64,000 nt of DNA. Source: the human T2T-CHM13v2.0 reference genome, Homo sapiens. The notes beneath the pieces are model-generated. The model was not told the DNA's origin, ran no database searches, and saw only the letters and a program-made list of their open reading frames with translations. Below, piece after piece: positions 47,926 to 62,578 of this stretch. How positions within the stretch are numbered: the stretch's first letter is position 1; each line of letters begins with the position of its first letter. The stretch lies in NCBI RefSeq assembly GCF_009914755.1, contig NC_060942.1; one strand, given 5' to 3'. The position numbers and the translations under genes are program-made.

Positions 47926-48146
47926 CACAGGTGTCCAATCTTTTGGGTTCCCTGGGCCACATTGGAAGAAGAAGAATTGTCTTGGGTCACCCAGGAAATA
48001 TACTAACACCAAGGATAGCTTATGAGCTAAAAAGATCATACCAAAATTTCATAATGTTTTAAGAAAGTTTACAGATTTGTGTTGGGCCACATTCAACACT
48101 GTCCTAGGCCACATGCAGCCCATGGGCTGCAGGTTGGAAAAGCTTG
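47926..48146 (+). mobile_element. MER30 hAT-Charlie MITE
   Basis: gtgtccaatcttttgg...ccctgggccacattggaagaagaagaattgtc...aagcttg; perfect 8-bp TSD tcctagat at 47918-47925 and 48147-48154. Confidence 0.92.
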
Positions 48147-49329
48147 TCCTAGATGGTAGGAATCCAAGAATGGTACTTGACAAAAAATGTCTATGGCATG
48201 GAAGGATGGATCAATGAAGAAGAGTAAGGCACAGCATGATCCTATTAGAGCCAAAGTCCTTATCAAGGAAGAAGGTGAACCACCCAGAACACACAGGAAC
48301 AGGAAGAATGTTGGTTCTGAAGTCAGGAGACAGCTGTAAGGAGGAAACACAGGAGCTTGCAGCACAGAGTCACCTCAGGAAGAGCTTGTGGAGGGACAGA
48401 ATTATTTCATGGGAAATTACTGATTGTTGAGCAATCTGCATGTCCAGATGAAACATTTCTACAACTATTCCTGACTGAAAGGGAAATAGCAAACTTCTTA
48501 ATGCGTCTTGCAAATACCTTGTAAGAGATACTTATTTACTGCTGAGGAAGAAAGGTGTGTGATGTGGAGCCCGGCCTTTTGCCCATCCCCAGGGCCCTCC
48601 ATTGGGCCTCTACTAGGCCAATCTCTGTGTGGCTTTCCAACTCTTCACTTATGTCTGCATCTTTCTAGCTAAACACAGCAGCACGGAGCCCAGGCTCCAG
48701 CGCCTGGCCTATTGCCTAGTGCGTAGTGGCCCATGTTGGAGAATGAATGAATGTGTGCCAGATAACTGCACTGGTTTTCCGCGTTGTCCAGATCTATACA
48801 TCTGCTTCTGGTTCAAGCCATGAAGTCAAGCAATTCTTGATAATTAATAGAATCCAGAAACATGAATTTATACCATCCAAGTTATATTGCGAAAATTCAA
48901 TCACTAAAGTGCCTCTAGTGATACTACTAATCCTTGGGTTGAATCAAGTACATTTCATGCTATATTTTTACTGTTCTTATTGTGAGGGGCAGACATATTT
49001 AGCAATGTATGAGGCAGTTTCCTGTCAGTAATCTGGCTGCTAATAGAAACAAGTCTATAATCTGATGAATCAGTACTATAAGAAATTTGGTGCGAATATA
49101 CGTCAATCAAGTTCCATATCTATGAAAAAGAGAAAATGAAGAATGTGGGTCCCAGGTGAGTGAGTGACTCCTTTGGGCTAGTGAAGGCTGTCAGGGGTTT
49201 CATATATAGTCTGTCACACAGGGAGAGATAACTAGAAAGTGGTTTCATGAAGGTCCAAAGCACAAACTGTTGAAATTGAATAAAACTAGGATTGAAAACA
49301 ATTCTGAAACAAATTTTTCTCATTCTTAC

Positions 49330-49409
49330 CAGATAAAAGTTGCTTTATAGGTTTTGAGTTAGAATCACTAGGTGCTTTCACATAATATGGATAAATCTTT
49401 TCTATGGTC
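49330..49409 (-). CDS. PIEZO2: PIEZO2 coding exon (80 nt)
   Basis: tacag|...TIEKIYPYYVKAPSDSNSKPIKQLLS|gtaaga; absent from the ORF track. Confidence 0.97.
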
Positions 49410-49806
49410 CTGTACATTAAGAAAAAAAAGATACAATTACGTTTTAGTTGTTTTACCCACCTAAAATTGATTTTTTGTTGTTATTGTTGACCTTGTATCA
49501 CCAAATAATAGTGAAAGTTTCATATATCTGTACAATGTGTAGACATCATAATTTACGGGTTCCTATTACAGTCAAAACTCTCTCATATGGAGCAAATTCA
49601 CTGAGCTTTATCTGTATCTGCATGTAAGTCTGTACAACAAGCTCGGTGATGGCTTACAAACAGCCACAGGCCTTTTCCCAATTCTGCAGCTTGTTTCTGA
49701 AGCCAAGGGGCACTGTTTCTTGCTAGGATCCTCCAATTCTTATCCATACCATTAAGCACGCTTCAAATTTTAATTTTTAGATTTTCAAACATACCTATAA
49801 TCAGGC

Positions 49807-50176
49807 TGATATGGTTTGGTTGTGTCCCCACCCAAATCTCATCTTGAATTGTAGCTCCCGTAATCCCCACATGTTATGGGAGGGGCTGGTGGCAGATAAT
49901 TGGATGATGGGGGCAGGTTTTCCTCCATCATCATGCTGTTCTTGTGATAGTGAATAAGTCTCATGAAATCTGATGGTTTTATAAAGGGCAGTTCCCCTGC
50001 ACGTGCTCCCTTGCCCACCGCCATGTAAGATGTGCCTTTACTCCTCCTTCGCCTTCCACCGTGATTGTGAGGCCTCCCCAGCCATGTGGAACTGTGAGTC
50101 AATTCAACCTCTTTCCTTTATAAATTACCCAGTCTCAGGTATGTGTTTATTAGCGGTATGAGAATGGACTAATACA
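49807..50176 (+). mobile_element. THE1 (C/D-like) MaLR solo LTR
   Basis: tgatatggtttgg...ccccacccaaatctcatcttgaattgtagctccc...gaatggactaataca; 370 bp. Confidence 0.92.
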
Positions 50177-51327
50177 CAAGTAGACTTCATGAATTGATCT
50201 AGAGGGGAGTGAGAGGTGAAGAGAGATGGTGGCCTGGACCTCGAGTGACCTCTGCCTCCCACAAGCCCAGTGCCTTCAATACATTCTTGAGTAGATATGC
50301 CTTATCATCTGGGAGGTGATAGGAGAGGATCTGACAGTCTCCAAGGGCCCTTCAACTTTAGTGAGTCGCAAAACATATCTCAGTCTGGGAACATTTCTAA
50401 GGCCTGCACCCTGGTGATCCATATATTCCATGCATTACAATGGGGCCAGGGCAGTCTGGAGGACAAAACTGGGGCCATCACTGGTGGATGCCTGAACTAT
50501 TTTGTTTAGCAGTTTTAGATCCATATCATTTTTTTCTTGCTAGTTCATATATTAGAATCTAAACATCTCAGCTTTCATCTGTTGGAAGTGGAGTACTTAA
50601 GTGGCAGGATAGTATTTTGAGATATATAATATGTTTTTTTCCAAATTTCCTTTTACCCCTTGTCCTCCTCAACCGTGTATACTCTACTCCCATTCAGAGA
50701 CCCAGGGGCAGGAATAATAGTAGAAAAGGGTCTCACAGGGTCTTTGCCTGGCTTTTGGTGATTATGGTCAGATAAGAGCAAGGTTTGTCATCTAGAGATG
50801 AGATCAATACTTTTTGGGCCAGGTGGACAGAGAGTGGGAGGAGAATGTGCTTGACACTAGTGGCTCCCTAAGAAGGAACCTTGAGCCCCACCTCTTTCCA
50901 CTGAGGGTGAACGAGTGAAGTGGGTACCCACGATCGGGTGGCAGACATGAATGACAAGAGGCCTGAATCATTTTAGTGCAGTCCCATGTCCCATTCCTGA
51001 ATAGGGCCCTTGGAGGCACCAATAGCCCAGTACCCCCGGGGGCAGGGCAGGGAGAATGCGATACCACTGGGCACATACTATGTTGGGCCATATGAACCCA
51101 GGTGGACCTGCCAGAGCTCCCACACCTCCAAATCGCATGAGAATCAGCATGATGATTTCTAGTGTGCCCCAAAATGGGTCCCAATAGCTGAGGGAGACAG
51201 CCACTCTGCAGACTGAAGACAGACCTGGAAGAATAATGTCTGTCTCAATGGAAGCCCCAGCGGGCCAGCACTTTCCATGCACTGATGAGCTCCCTGTAGC
51301 CTGGCACCATACAAACCCTCATTCATT

Positions 51328-51657
<330 letters not shown>

Positions 51658-51867
51658 TAGACATAACCCTGGGGACAGTGGACAGAAAACTCCATAGCTG
51701 AGATTAAGTTTCTTTAATCTTGCAAAATGGGGCCTCCAAATAGAAATTAACTTTGTGTTACCAAAGAATGAAGTTGCATTCCTCATACACATGAATCTGT
51801 AGATGGACATTTTGTACCAGCTGCATATACCTAACAAAGCTCTATTAGTAGGAAAAAATACACTTAC

Positions 51868-51996
51868 ACTGGTGTTTTTGAACTTTCTGTGCTGTTGCCT
51901 GCTATCATTTTAGCGATATTCTTTCGAGTAATATTTTTAAGAGGAAAAGAAAGCTTATCTGTTGCTATTTCCGATTTTGCACCCAGACTTAAGTTT
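51868..51996 (-). CDS. PIEZO2: PIEZO2 coding exon (129 nt)
   Basis: ttcttcacag|...NLSLGAKSEIATDKLSFPLKNITRKNIAKMIAGNSTESSKTP|gtaagt; absent from the ORF track. Confidence 0.97.
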
Positions 51997-53053
51997 CTGT
52001 GAAGAAAAAAAAAAGCTTAATGTCAGTGATTATTCAGAAGTCTGGAAAAGAGATTTACAACATATTTAACTCTTAATTTGATTAATGTCACCACGTTTTC
52101 ACTGGGTCCACAACTGTCAATCCTGACCCTTTCAGTCTACTTCACCTCAATGCTCAGCTTCTTAGACAATCGAGTTAATAGAACCCAAGGAGGCCACAAA
52201 CACTTTTAAAACAGAGTTGAAGGTGAGAAAAAGGAGGAACCTGCTGACCAAAAGAGAACCCATCTTGATGTTTTAATACGAGGTTCTAAAATATTCTTAT
52301 ATCAACCCAATGATGTTAGTCTCCACGGCAATAAACAAACTCCATGTGTTAAAAAGAATATTCAGTCAGAAATTGAATTTTAATTGTTCTGTTTTTTTGT
52401 TGTTTTTGTTGTTGTTGTTGTTTTTAGTAGCTCTTTAAAGAAAAGGCTAGAAAGTAAATTTTTGGTAATTTGTACAGAATTGGATATAAGGAATTTGGGA
52501 CACTTAAAAGGAGAAAATGGGATTGAAGGAGTTCTTTACATTCTGAACAGCCCCACTTTGAATTTTTTTTAACTGTTTCCTTGTAAATTTTAGATGCCAG
52601 AAAGCATTCTTCTGTACCTGTCATGCTTCTTTTTTAATTCTAACTAACAAGTCACTCTCATGGACCCAAATGAACCTACTGCTTGTGTGCCCAAATAAGC
52701 TTGCTTAGGGTTCTAAGTCTCAAAACTGTGATGAAAGAGCTAAGTTAATCAACTAGTGTATTATGTTGAGGTTCCCAAAACTGCATCACTAAACTGTTGG
52801 GCTTTGGATGCAGTATTTGGATGTGAGAACTTCTGCTGAGATATGCTCTTTCTACCAACACACGGAAAAACAAAGCAGGGGCCACGTGCTGGCCACTGGC
52901 TCAGGCTGGGCAGAGAGGACTCTCAGGAAGTCTCTCTCTTCGGAGACAGTCAAGCTGCCCTCGCATCTCACACGTTGGAAGGGGGTCAGGTAGGGCTTCC
53001 CCAGTATTGGTGGAATGCAAGTGATAATATGGGCCTCCAGAGGCTGCAATTTC

Positions 53054-53353
<300 letters not shown>

Positions 53354-54317
53354 TGAAATTTCTTTATCATTTAGACCAAACTTCAGCCTTTGGTGAAAGT
53401 TGTAAAATTCCCCCAGACTGTTTCATTTTGTAAATCATCACCTTGCCTCTCTTCTCTCTACCCTCTCTTTCTTGCTCACAGAACTCACTGTCAGCCTCTC
53501 TTTAAAAACAACTTATTATCTAGAATAACCCAACTTTAAAATATATAATTTATTTGGATTTCAGTTTTTAAGGAGCAGGATATTGATTTTTTTGGAGATT
53601 TATAGTTACATTCAAAATTTTTTTTGCATTGAAACAATTTTAGATTTTCTAAAAACCGTATTAATTTAAATCAGCTTTCAAATCACTTGATGCTCTGCCT
53701 TCATTTCTAGTGTTTATGTGAAAGCACGTGGCCAGTTCTTGCTGCATCAGAGCTAGGAACGGCCTTTCTCTCTCAGGTGGGCATAATTCACTTCCTTTTC
53801 CATGGAAGATTATGGACAGTGAAATCTAAGATGCATGAGGAAAACCTAAGTGGAGAGGCTCCCTGTGGTAGATTTATAATAGTGCTGTAAGTGATGCATG
53901 AGGGAGGTGTTCACAGTAATACTATTTTGCATTATAGTAAGAAACATTTGAAATTTAAGTGTTGTTTCACCAATTGTACATTAAGCTAATAAAATACAGT
54001 GGATTTTGAAATGCAAAAATAAAAAACAACAACAACAACAAAAACCCCAAAACCAGAAAACTAAAGTTAGCTAAAAACTACAAAAAAGGAAAACTGAGAA
54101 GTTCTTAGTCTGGTTAGTGATTCCTAGGCAAGTCATTACTTAATAAATAAAAATGTTAGCTTTGGCATTGAAGGTAAGTTCCCAAGGCTATAATGATAAA
54201 GTAAGATCCACATCAATCTAAAGTTTCCATTCTTCCATCCCACCACACCCTCCTTCCCCCAACACCATGTTTAGACTGGGGAAAAGGATAAATTATACAT
54301 GGAAATACAGTAACTAC

Positions 54318-54490
54318 CTCTGAATACTCCATGAAAAAACAACAGAGAAGCTACTATTGGGGTCCAGGAGTTCGTGTATCATTTTCTGCTTACTGGGTGG
54401 GCTGATGGTCCACAAAGAATTTGAGTTTCCTTCCAGTTCTGCTACTGTTATGTCTTCTTTTTCATAATTTTCCAGAAATTGCATAGCACC
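54318..54490 (-). CDS. PIEZO2: PIEZO2 coding exon (173 nt)
   Basis: catacag|GAMQFLENYEKEDITVAELEGNSNSLWTISPPS...VFSWSIQ|gtagtt. Confidence 0.98.
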
Positions 54491-55779
54491 CTGTATGTGC
54501 ACAAATGCACATGCATAAATAGATTATATGCATCATGCTGTATAAAGAAAGCAGTCACTCTTCCTTTTAACTGGCAGTATGGAAAAGGTTTCTCCCTTTG
54601 AAGGGAATATTTTTATAATGGATGGTCTTGAGTGTTCCATTGCACTAATTTGGCTTCCTTACCCACAGGTATGGGCAGTTTCCAGTTACATTATCCAATC
54701 CCAGCAGTTGCTACCATCAATACAGCTATGGAATCATTCCAGTTAAACAATAAAGGAAAAACAGATAATTTAGTGTCATTTTTCCTTTCCACTAAAAAGG
54801 AAATTTATCACCTATGGGGGAACGTCTCTGTCATGAGAGAGACAAAACAATCTGCTCAGGACATCCCAACCCTCTCTGAAGAACTGCTCATTGTTCCAGA
54901 TTAGTTTTGACAGTGTGCATTATAGGTGATACTTTTACAGAAGAAAGAAGCATCTCCTTCCTATTCACTCTCTTAAATAAAAAAAAATTATTTATAAGAC
55001 AAATTTTAATGATGAGGATTATGTTATATTATTAACAGTGTGGAATATAGACAAGAGAATAACATCAGCCACCCTTCTGCTACCAGAACATAATTGTTGT
55101 TTTAAGTTTTAGGGGATGTATTTCTTATTTTTTGTAATTTTAAAAATAATAGCCTTTTTAAAATTTATGTTTTAGTTTGAGAAATTGTCATGTCATTTAT
55201 AGTCTCTGTAATGAATTTTTTAATTACAAAATAAGTTGCTTAGAAAATCTTTGGACAACATGGCACGTAAATAAAATGAAAAGTAGAAGCTCCTTCTCCT
55301 ATTATGACCACTCTAGAGTATCTTGCCAATCAAATTCATGTAATACATCTGCCTTAATTTCCTCAACCAGCTCCTGTTTGCTGAACCGCAAATTGCCTCT
55401 AGTTCTGCTAATGCAGAGAATGCACTCATAAGCCAGTGCCTAGATAGAGCGTTCTCATATTTTGAATTACTTCTTAGGACAGATTCCCAGAGTAGGCCTA
55501 CTAGTCAAGAGATGAATATATACCACAATTTAAAAAGTTAAACAATTTTTAAAATGGATCAATATTTAAATGTTTATTACCACTAATGTCCAACAACATA
55601 GACATAACTTCTTAGATTATCAAAGTAGCCAGTGGCCAGGAATGTGCTCTATGTAACTGATAAACCCTGAAAAGTCCTCCTTCCCACCACCTCAGGCCAT
55701 GGCAAAGCATTAAATGACAATGAGTGAACTTCCCTAGATGAGAGGTCTTCACAGAAATCTACTATAGGGATTTACTTAC

Positions 55780-55872
55780 GGTGTCCCTAGAAAAAGCTTG
55801 TATAAATTTGTTAAAGCTCTGCTGGTCCATAACTTTCAACTGGCTTTGTTGGGCACTCATTGTGAAAATAGG
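55780..55872 (-). CDS. PIEZO2: PIEZO2 coding exon (93 nt)
   Basis: ttttccag|PIFTMSAQQSQLKVMDQQSFNKFIQAFSRDT|gtaagt. Confidence 0.98.
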
Positions 55873-56222
55873 CTGGAAAACAAAGAGAACAGTGTTGTCA
55901 ATATTCCCCAGCTCTTCTCTGCATCCTGAGTCAAAAGAAAAACATTTATGTAGGATATCAGCCCATTTATGTAGGCTATGTTTATCCCATGATACATGGC
56001 ATCCGAGATCTCTTTTTGGAGTGATTATTCCCGTGCTCAAGACCAAAGGGGAACTAGTCTCTCAGTGTCTTCTGCACCTTATTCATACATCAAGTATTTG
56101 CTGAGCAGTCAAATGCCGACAGCAGGGTCGGCAGCCCATGACTAAACACCCTACAGACAGCTATCATAAAGGAATGTGGCGTGGGGCAAGGCTCTGGTAG
56201 GTGGGGTGTGCACAGAGATCAC

Positions 56223-56411
56223 CTGATACCCTCCCAGGGTAATTGTGACGGAGACGTCCAGGGGCTGGTTGATGACCCCAGCCACAGATTTGATCAAAGA
56301 CATGAAGAGAAGAGGAAACCAGACAATGCAGATGAGCAGGACGATGATCATTCCTCCCATGCCATACTTCACCACTTTCTTCTTCTTCTGGCCCCGTGGC
56401 TGAGGGTATCT
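56223..56411 (-). CDS. PIEZO2: PIEZO2 coding exon (189 nt, outer helix)
   Basis: gttgcag|RYPQPRGQKKKKVVKYGMGGMIIVLLICIVWFPLLFMSL...TLGGYQ|gtgatc. Confidence 0.99.
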
Positions 56412-56900
56412 CTGCAACAGAGAGTTCAGACAAGGCTCAGGCTCAGGCTCAGGTGCTTTCCCGCAGGCAGCGGGATTGGGGGAGAGCGAGTGCTCTTCCT
56501 GTGGTGCTGGGAACATGGATTTGGCCCTGAATCTTCTCTGTTCGCTCTGAAATGGGGATAGCAACCTTGTCCCAATCTCGAAATGAAGTTAGGTAGTGAT
56601 GTGAAGCTGTCCTGAGGTCGCTCCAGTACCCCCTGGTGGATCCACAGGGGCCAACAGGACTTAAGCGGCCTTCTCCCTTCAAGACTGTGGGTGGGTTTTC
56701 CTGGTGATGAACTCCTGGACCAAGGGATCAAGTATCCGGCCGAATGAACCTTCTGGTTTTAAGGGATTATGTGAGAGAAAGATACTTTACTTTCAATTCC
56801 TGAATATTTAAAATCTGTGCCTTTCAGTTGACCCTTCCCTGTCCTTGGAAGGTGAAAAAACATGATTTTTAATTTAATTCATGATACGTGTTGTTGTATC

Positions 56901-56943
56901 ATGTTGTTCGACACCTAAAGACAATGTTGTTCGACACCTAAAG
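56901..56943. repeat. Perfect 20-bp direct repeat (23-bp period)
   Basis: atgttgttcgacacctaaag at 56901-56920 and 56924-56943. Confidence 0.9.
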
Positions 56944-57983
56944 TAAGATTTGTATGATTAGAAGAGCCCCCTCTGGGCACTGGCTGTAGGGAGTGGGGAG
57001 AGGGCAGGTGCGTGTTGCAGGGGCTCACTCTCCTACAGGAGCCTGTGCACCAGTAAGGCTGGGAGCACTTCTGTTTGCTTTAATATAGATTCATGAAGGA
57101 CCCACTAAGCCCCCTGCTTAAAGACTATGGACAAGTGGAAATTGGAGCTGTGCTGTCTGGCATTGAACCTGCTTCTGATCTACATGTGTGTTCTTTCTTC
57201 AGTGTTGCTGCTCCATGACCTCCATCCTTTCAGGGTTACCCCTCAGGCCAAGCTACATGCAGAACATGGGGTCAACCCCACTCCCCGACTTGGCAATGTG
57301 ATTTATCTTCAGGAGGGATCCATTCATTTCAGCAGATTAAAGTAAGGAAAAATAATCTAACATTTACCCATAGGCACTAGCCATAGATTACACACCAGGA
57401 GAGAGACCTGGGAGTCAGTACAGGACATGACTACAGTGGCTTTTACAAGCCTGGACACTAAGTGCCAAAGATGGTGCCGGAAATATGAGAATGGAGGCTT
57501 GACTGGGTGGTGGGCCAGGGCCAGTGCGTAGTGCACTCTGCATTCAGTGTGCATAAGGCAATGCACCCTATGGATCTGCACTATGGAGACTGCATGAAGT
57601 TCAGATGGTAGCAGTGCATTTTGATATTTTTGCACTGGCATTTGATACTGTTGACTATTTTCAACAGCATCAAATATGGATAGCAGTAGCAGTGTATTTT
57701 GATTTTCTTCCCGATTTTCTATATTGAAAGGAAGACTAGGGTCCCATATTTTAAAATCTGAAATATATATTCACAAATATATATACACACATACATGCTT
57801 CCACACATAGATATGCAAACAAGTGTATAGATTTGCTCTTTCATTATTTTCTCAGTGAGGCAAATTTAGATCATAGGCCACTCCTGTCACTCCAACAGCA
57901 CCCACACTGGATCATGAAAGTTTTGCAAGTTAAAGAAGATTAATGTATCTCTGCCAAGGGCAGTTTTAGTCTGTTCCACCTGA

Positions 57984-59075
<1,092 letters not shown>

Positions 59076-60649
59076 GCTGGTAACTCAGCTCCTCACTGTG
59101 CTTCCTGCTTGGTGTTCCTGTTGCACTGCATTTCCAATCAGCTTCCTGAAATGTTCTGGAAAGTGGTGCATGGAAGTCATGGTATAAGCAGAATAAGAGT
59201 GAGTGGCCTGCACTGTGTGTGCTCGGACCAACATTTTGCCTTTCAGGTTATTGCTCTTGCTTCATAAAGTGTGTTTGTAAAGCCCCTGCAGCCTGTCACA
59301 TTCAATGTGGAATCACACCCAGGAAGAGTTACTGTTAAGAGCAGCTTATTATTCCACTTCATTCCAGACAGGGGATCAATAATAGTAACTTTTCAGACTA
59401 GTACTAACCAGGGCCAGATTCATTCAGACTCCCCAATATCACCTCCCACTTACCTAAATATCTCAGGAAGTTTTGCCATGGATGATTTCAAAGGCTAATA
59501 TCCTGAAGTAGCCATTGGTTTAGCATAGGATGGAAGTATATACTTAAGTAGCTGTGATATATTAAAATGAGGCTTCTTATTTCTTTAAAATAAAAAGGTA
59601 ATTTAAGTCTTTGTTGGCATGCATGCCTCGAGTTATAGGCCAGAACGAGCCTTCCCTCATTGGGAGGCGGGGTGGTGGCTGCAACCACCTCATGACAGTG
59701 TGAAAAATGTCACCTGGTGGCTCCAAGGCAGTGAGCTGAAGAACAGAGCAGCTGCCGCTTCTTCCAACAAACATGGTCTTGCATCCGTGCAGATGGTCAC
59801 ACTGGGTGGGATCATTCAGGGGCTTTTGTGATTTGGAAACCCCCTTCCTAAGCACCGTGACCTGTTCACCCAAGTGAAACGGCGTCTCACTGTCAGTTTC
59901 CCGAGCCTTCTGGCAGCTCTTGTACCTAAAGGGCCTTGTCTTCCCATGTTCTCAGCAGAGGAGCTCCCCCATCTTATGGAGAACGCAGGCTGCGGGCACG
60001 AGATTGCGCCTTACTGGCCTCTCCTCCTCCTGCCCTTTCTGCAGGATGGTGATGGCTCTTTGCCACAACTGACTCGCTCACTTGTGCCTCTGACTCTACA
60101 ATCTCCAGACCCCCATCAGAACTTCCTGATATTAGAATTTTTACTATTTTCTTCTGGCTTTTCCTTATCGTCTCCAGAGAGGTCCAAACACTCCCCATTT
60201 TGAAATTATCCTCTGGGCTTGCTTCTCTTTTGAACTAATTATCTCTCTGTGCCCTTGTTGGGCTTGATCCCTCCAAGACGCTGCCTCCAGTGAGCTCCTA
60301 AGTCCCTGCAGTTGGGTGTCAGCACCCATCCTACCTTTGAAACTCATTGTGCAAAGATCACTAGCAATCTAGCGAATATAAGATTCAACATCTATTCTCA
60401 GTATTCACGTATCCCAAACTCTACATATTTGGCTTCTTGAATTTCTCTTCTCTCTCTGGGTCTAAAAATGTGGAAGGAATGAATAGATGAGGATAGAAGA
60501 GTAGGATAGAAGGTAAACCAGGAAAGAACCAGTAGCTTAAGCTCCAGAGAGTCAGAGACAAGAGAGGATGGGTGGATCTATTTCAGGTAGCCAGGACAGC
60601 ATAGGGAGGCACTGAGATATGTGCATTTGTAAATAGGCAACTCTTTTTA

Positions 60650-61030
60650 GTTGTTGCTCAACAAACATTTACTGTGTGTCTAGGCTCAGGGTATTAAGTG
60701 ATTCCTAGGCCATATATGGATGAACAGACACTGAGCTTGCCATCACAGAGCTCATAATAGACAGAAAAAGAGACAACAAGCCCCAATGTGGGAAGTATTA
60801 AGGGTTGTTGGGGCCCACAGTGAAAGATGGGGTCTAGACTTGAGGGGTTAGGGCAGGTCCATGGAAACAGAGGTGTCTTCATTGGTATCTGGAGGTTGGG
60901 AAGGAGTTAGGCAATGAGGAGGTGGAGAGGATGTTTCAGACAGTGCAAAGATGTGTCAAGGCCTTATCTAGCAAATAAAGATATGATCTTTATTCAATGG
61001 ATGGCAAAAGATCCACTGAATAACTCCCTG
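60650..61030 (-). mobile_element. L2 remnant
   Basis: caacaaacatttactgtgtgtctaggc...atgaacagacactgagcttgccatcacagagctcataat. Confidence 0.6.
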
Positions 61031-61246
61031 TAACAGTGGAGGAGAGGAGACAAGCGTCAGGGCAAAGGACCTAGGAACCAAGATAAAAATGTAGATGCTT
61101 TCCCTGTACCCAGTCAACTTACACTCTTCCATTAGCTCTCTGTTTCAGACCTACGCCCTACCTTCCTGAGGCTCTCAAAGTATCACGTGCCCCTCTGCCA
61201 AAGCATCTGTCATATATATTGAATTTATTTGTGTCACCATTTTATT

Positions 61247-61486
61247 TTTCTTCACCTTTTATTTTGAGTTCAGGGGTACATGTGCAGGATGTGCAGGTTT
61301 GTTACATAGTTAAAAGTGTGCCATGGTGGTTTGTTGCACAGATCATCCCATCACCTAGGTATTAAGCCCAGTGTCCATTAGCCATTCTTCCAGATGCTCT
61401 TCCTCCTCACTCCCCGCAACCCATGACAGGCCCGCCCCAGTGTGTGTTGTTCCACCCCATGTGTCCATGTGTTCTCATCATTCAGC
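61247..61486 (-). mobile_element. 5'-truncated L1PA 3' end
   Basis: ttcaggggtacatgtgcaggatgtgcaggtttgttacatag; 18-bp TSD ttgtgtcaccattttatt at 61229-61246 and 61487-61504. Confidence 0.92.
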
Positions 61487-61635
61487 TTGTGTCACCATTT
61501 TATTAACACCTGTTTCTGTCCACTGAGCCATCAGTTCCGTGATGGTGGGGCATTGTATGTTTGGGTCACCACTCTACTCTCATGCTTAGTAGAGTTCTGG
61601 GCACATAAGAATGTGCTTAGTCTTAGTCAATGTTT

Positions 61636-62578
61636 ATAGTAGGCTGCAAAAATAAAGGCTTCAAATTCATCTCAATCCTGTAGGCATGACCCTTTGCAAC
61701 ATGACTTTGCCAACCCTATCATTTACTCCATCCTTTGGATCTAGGCTGGCCTTTAAACTTGCTCCAAGTAGAAGAATGTGGTAGAAGCACTGGTGGTGGA
61801 ACTCTGAGCCTAGACCTCACAGGGCTTTGCAGGTTTCCCTCTCGTTCTCTTGGAATGTGCTGCCACCAGGGGAAGAAGCCTGGGCTTGTCTCCCTAAGGA
61901 TGAGCGAATACATGGAGAGAGAGGCCTGGCTAAGAGCCAGATGCAACCTGCAGGTGTCTGAGTGACACCATCGAATAACACCCAGTTGGGCCACCAGACG
62001 ATAGCAGCCACAGGACTGACTCCAGGCAAGACTATCCAGTGGAGCCCAGCCCACACTGCTGACCTACATAATTGTGAGCAAATAAAATGATTGTTTATTT
62101 TATTTTACTTTATTTTATTTGATTTTATTTTACTTTAAGTTCCAGGATACATGTGCAGAATGTGTAGGTTTGTTACATAGGTATACATGTGCCGTGGTGG
62201 ATTGCTGCACCTATCAATGCATCATCTAGGTTTTAAGCCCCCCATGCGTTAGGTATTTGTCCTAATACTATCCCTCCCCTTGCCCCCTACCCCCTGACAG
62301 GCCCTGGTGTGTGATGTTCCCCTCCCTGTGTCCATGTGTTCTCATTGTTCGGCTCCCGCTTATGAGTGAGAACATGCAGTGTTTGGTCTTCTGTAGCTGT
62401 GTTAGTTTGCTGAGAATGATGGCTTCCACCTTCATCCATGTATCTGCAAACGACACGATCTCATTCTTTTTTATGGCTGCATAGTATTCCATGGTGTGTA
62501 TGTGCCACAATTAAAGAGTTGATTTTTAAACCACTGTATTTGGAGGTAGTTTGTTAGCAGCAACAGACAACTGATATA
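61636..62578 (+). mobile_element. MLT1F/G-like MaLR LTR interrupted by an L1PA 3' end
   Basis: ccctttgcaacatgactttgcc...gagcccagcccacactgctgacc...aataaaatgattgttt | tttaaaccactgtatttggaggtagtttgttagcagcaacagacaactgata. Confidence 0.7.
62094..62509 (-). mobile_element. L1PA (PA7/8-like) 3' end
   Basis: (TTTTA)n tail, tactttaagttccaggatacatgtgcag; antisense [20 protein letters not shown]2 remnant. Confidence 0.92.

Noticed and set aside
56901-56943. Direct repeats as a CRISPR-like array
   Set aside because: Only two copies with a 3-nt spacer, in eukaryotic intron DNA.
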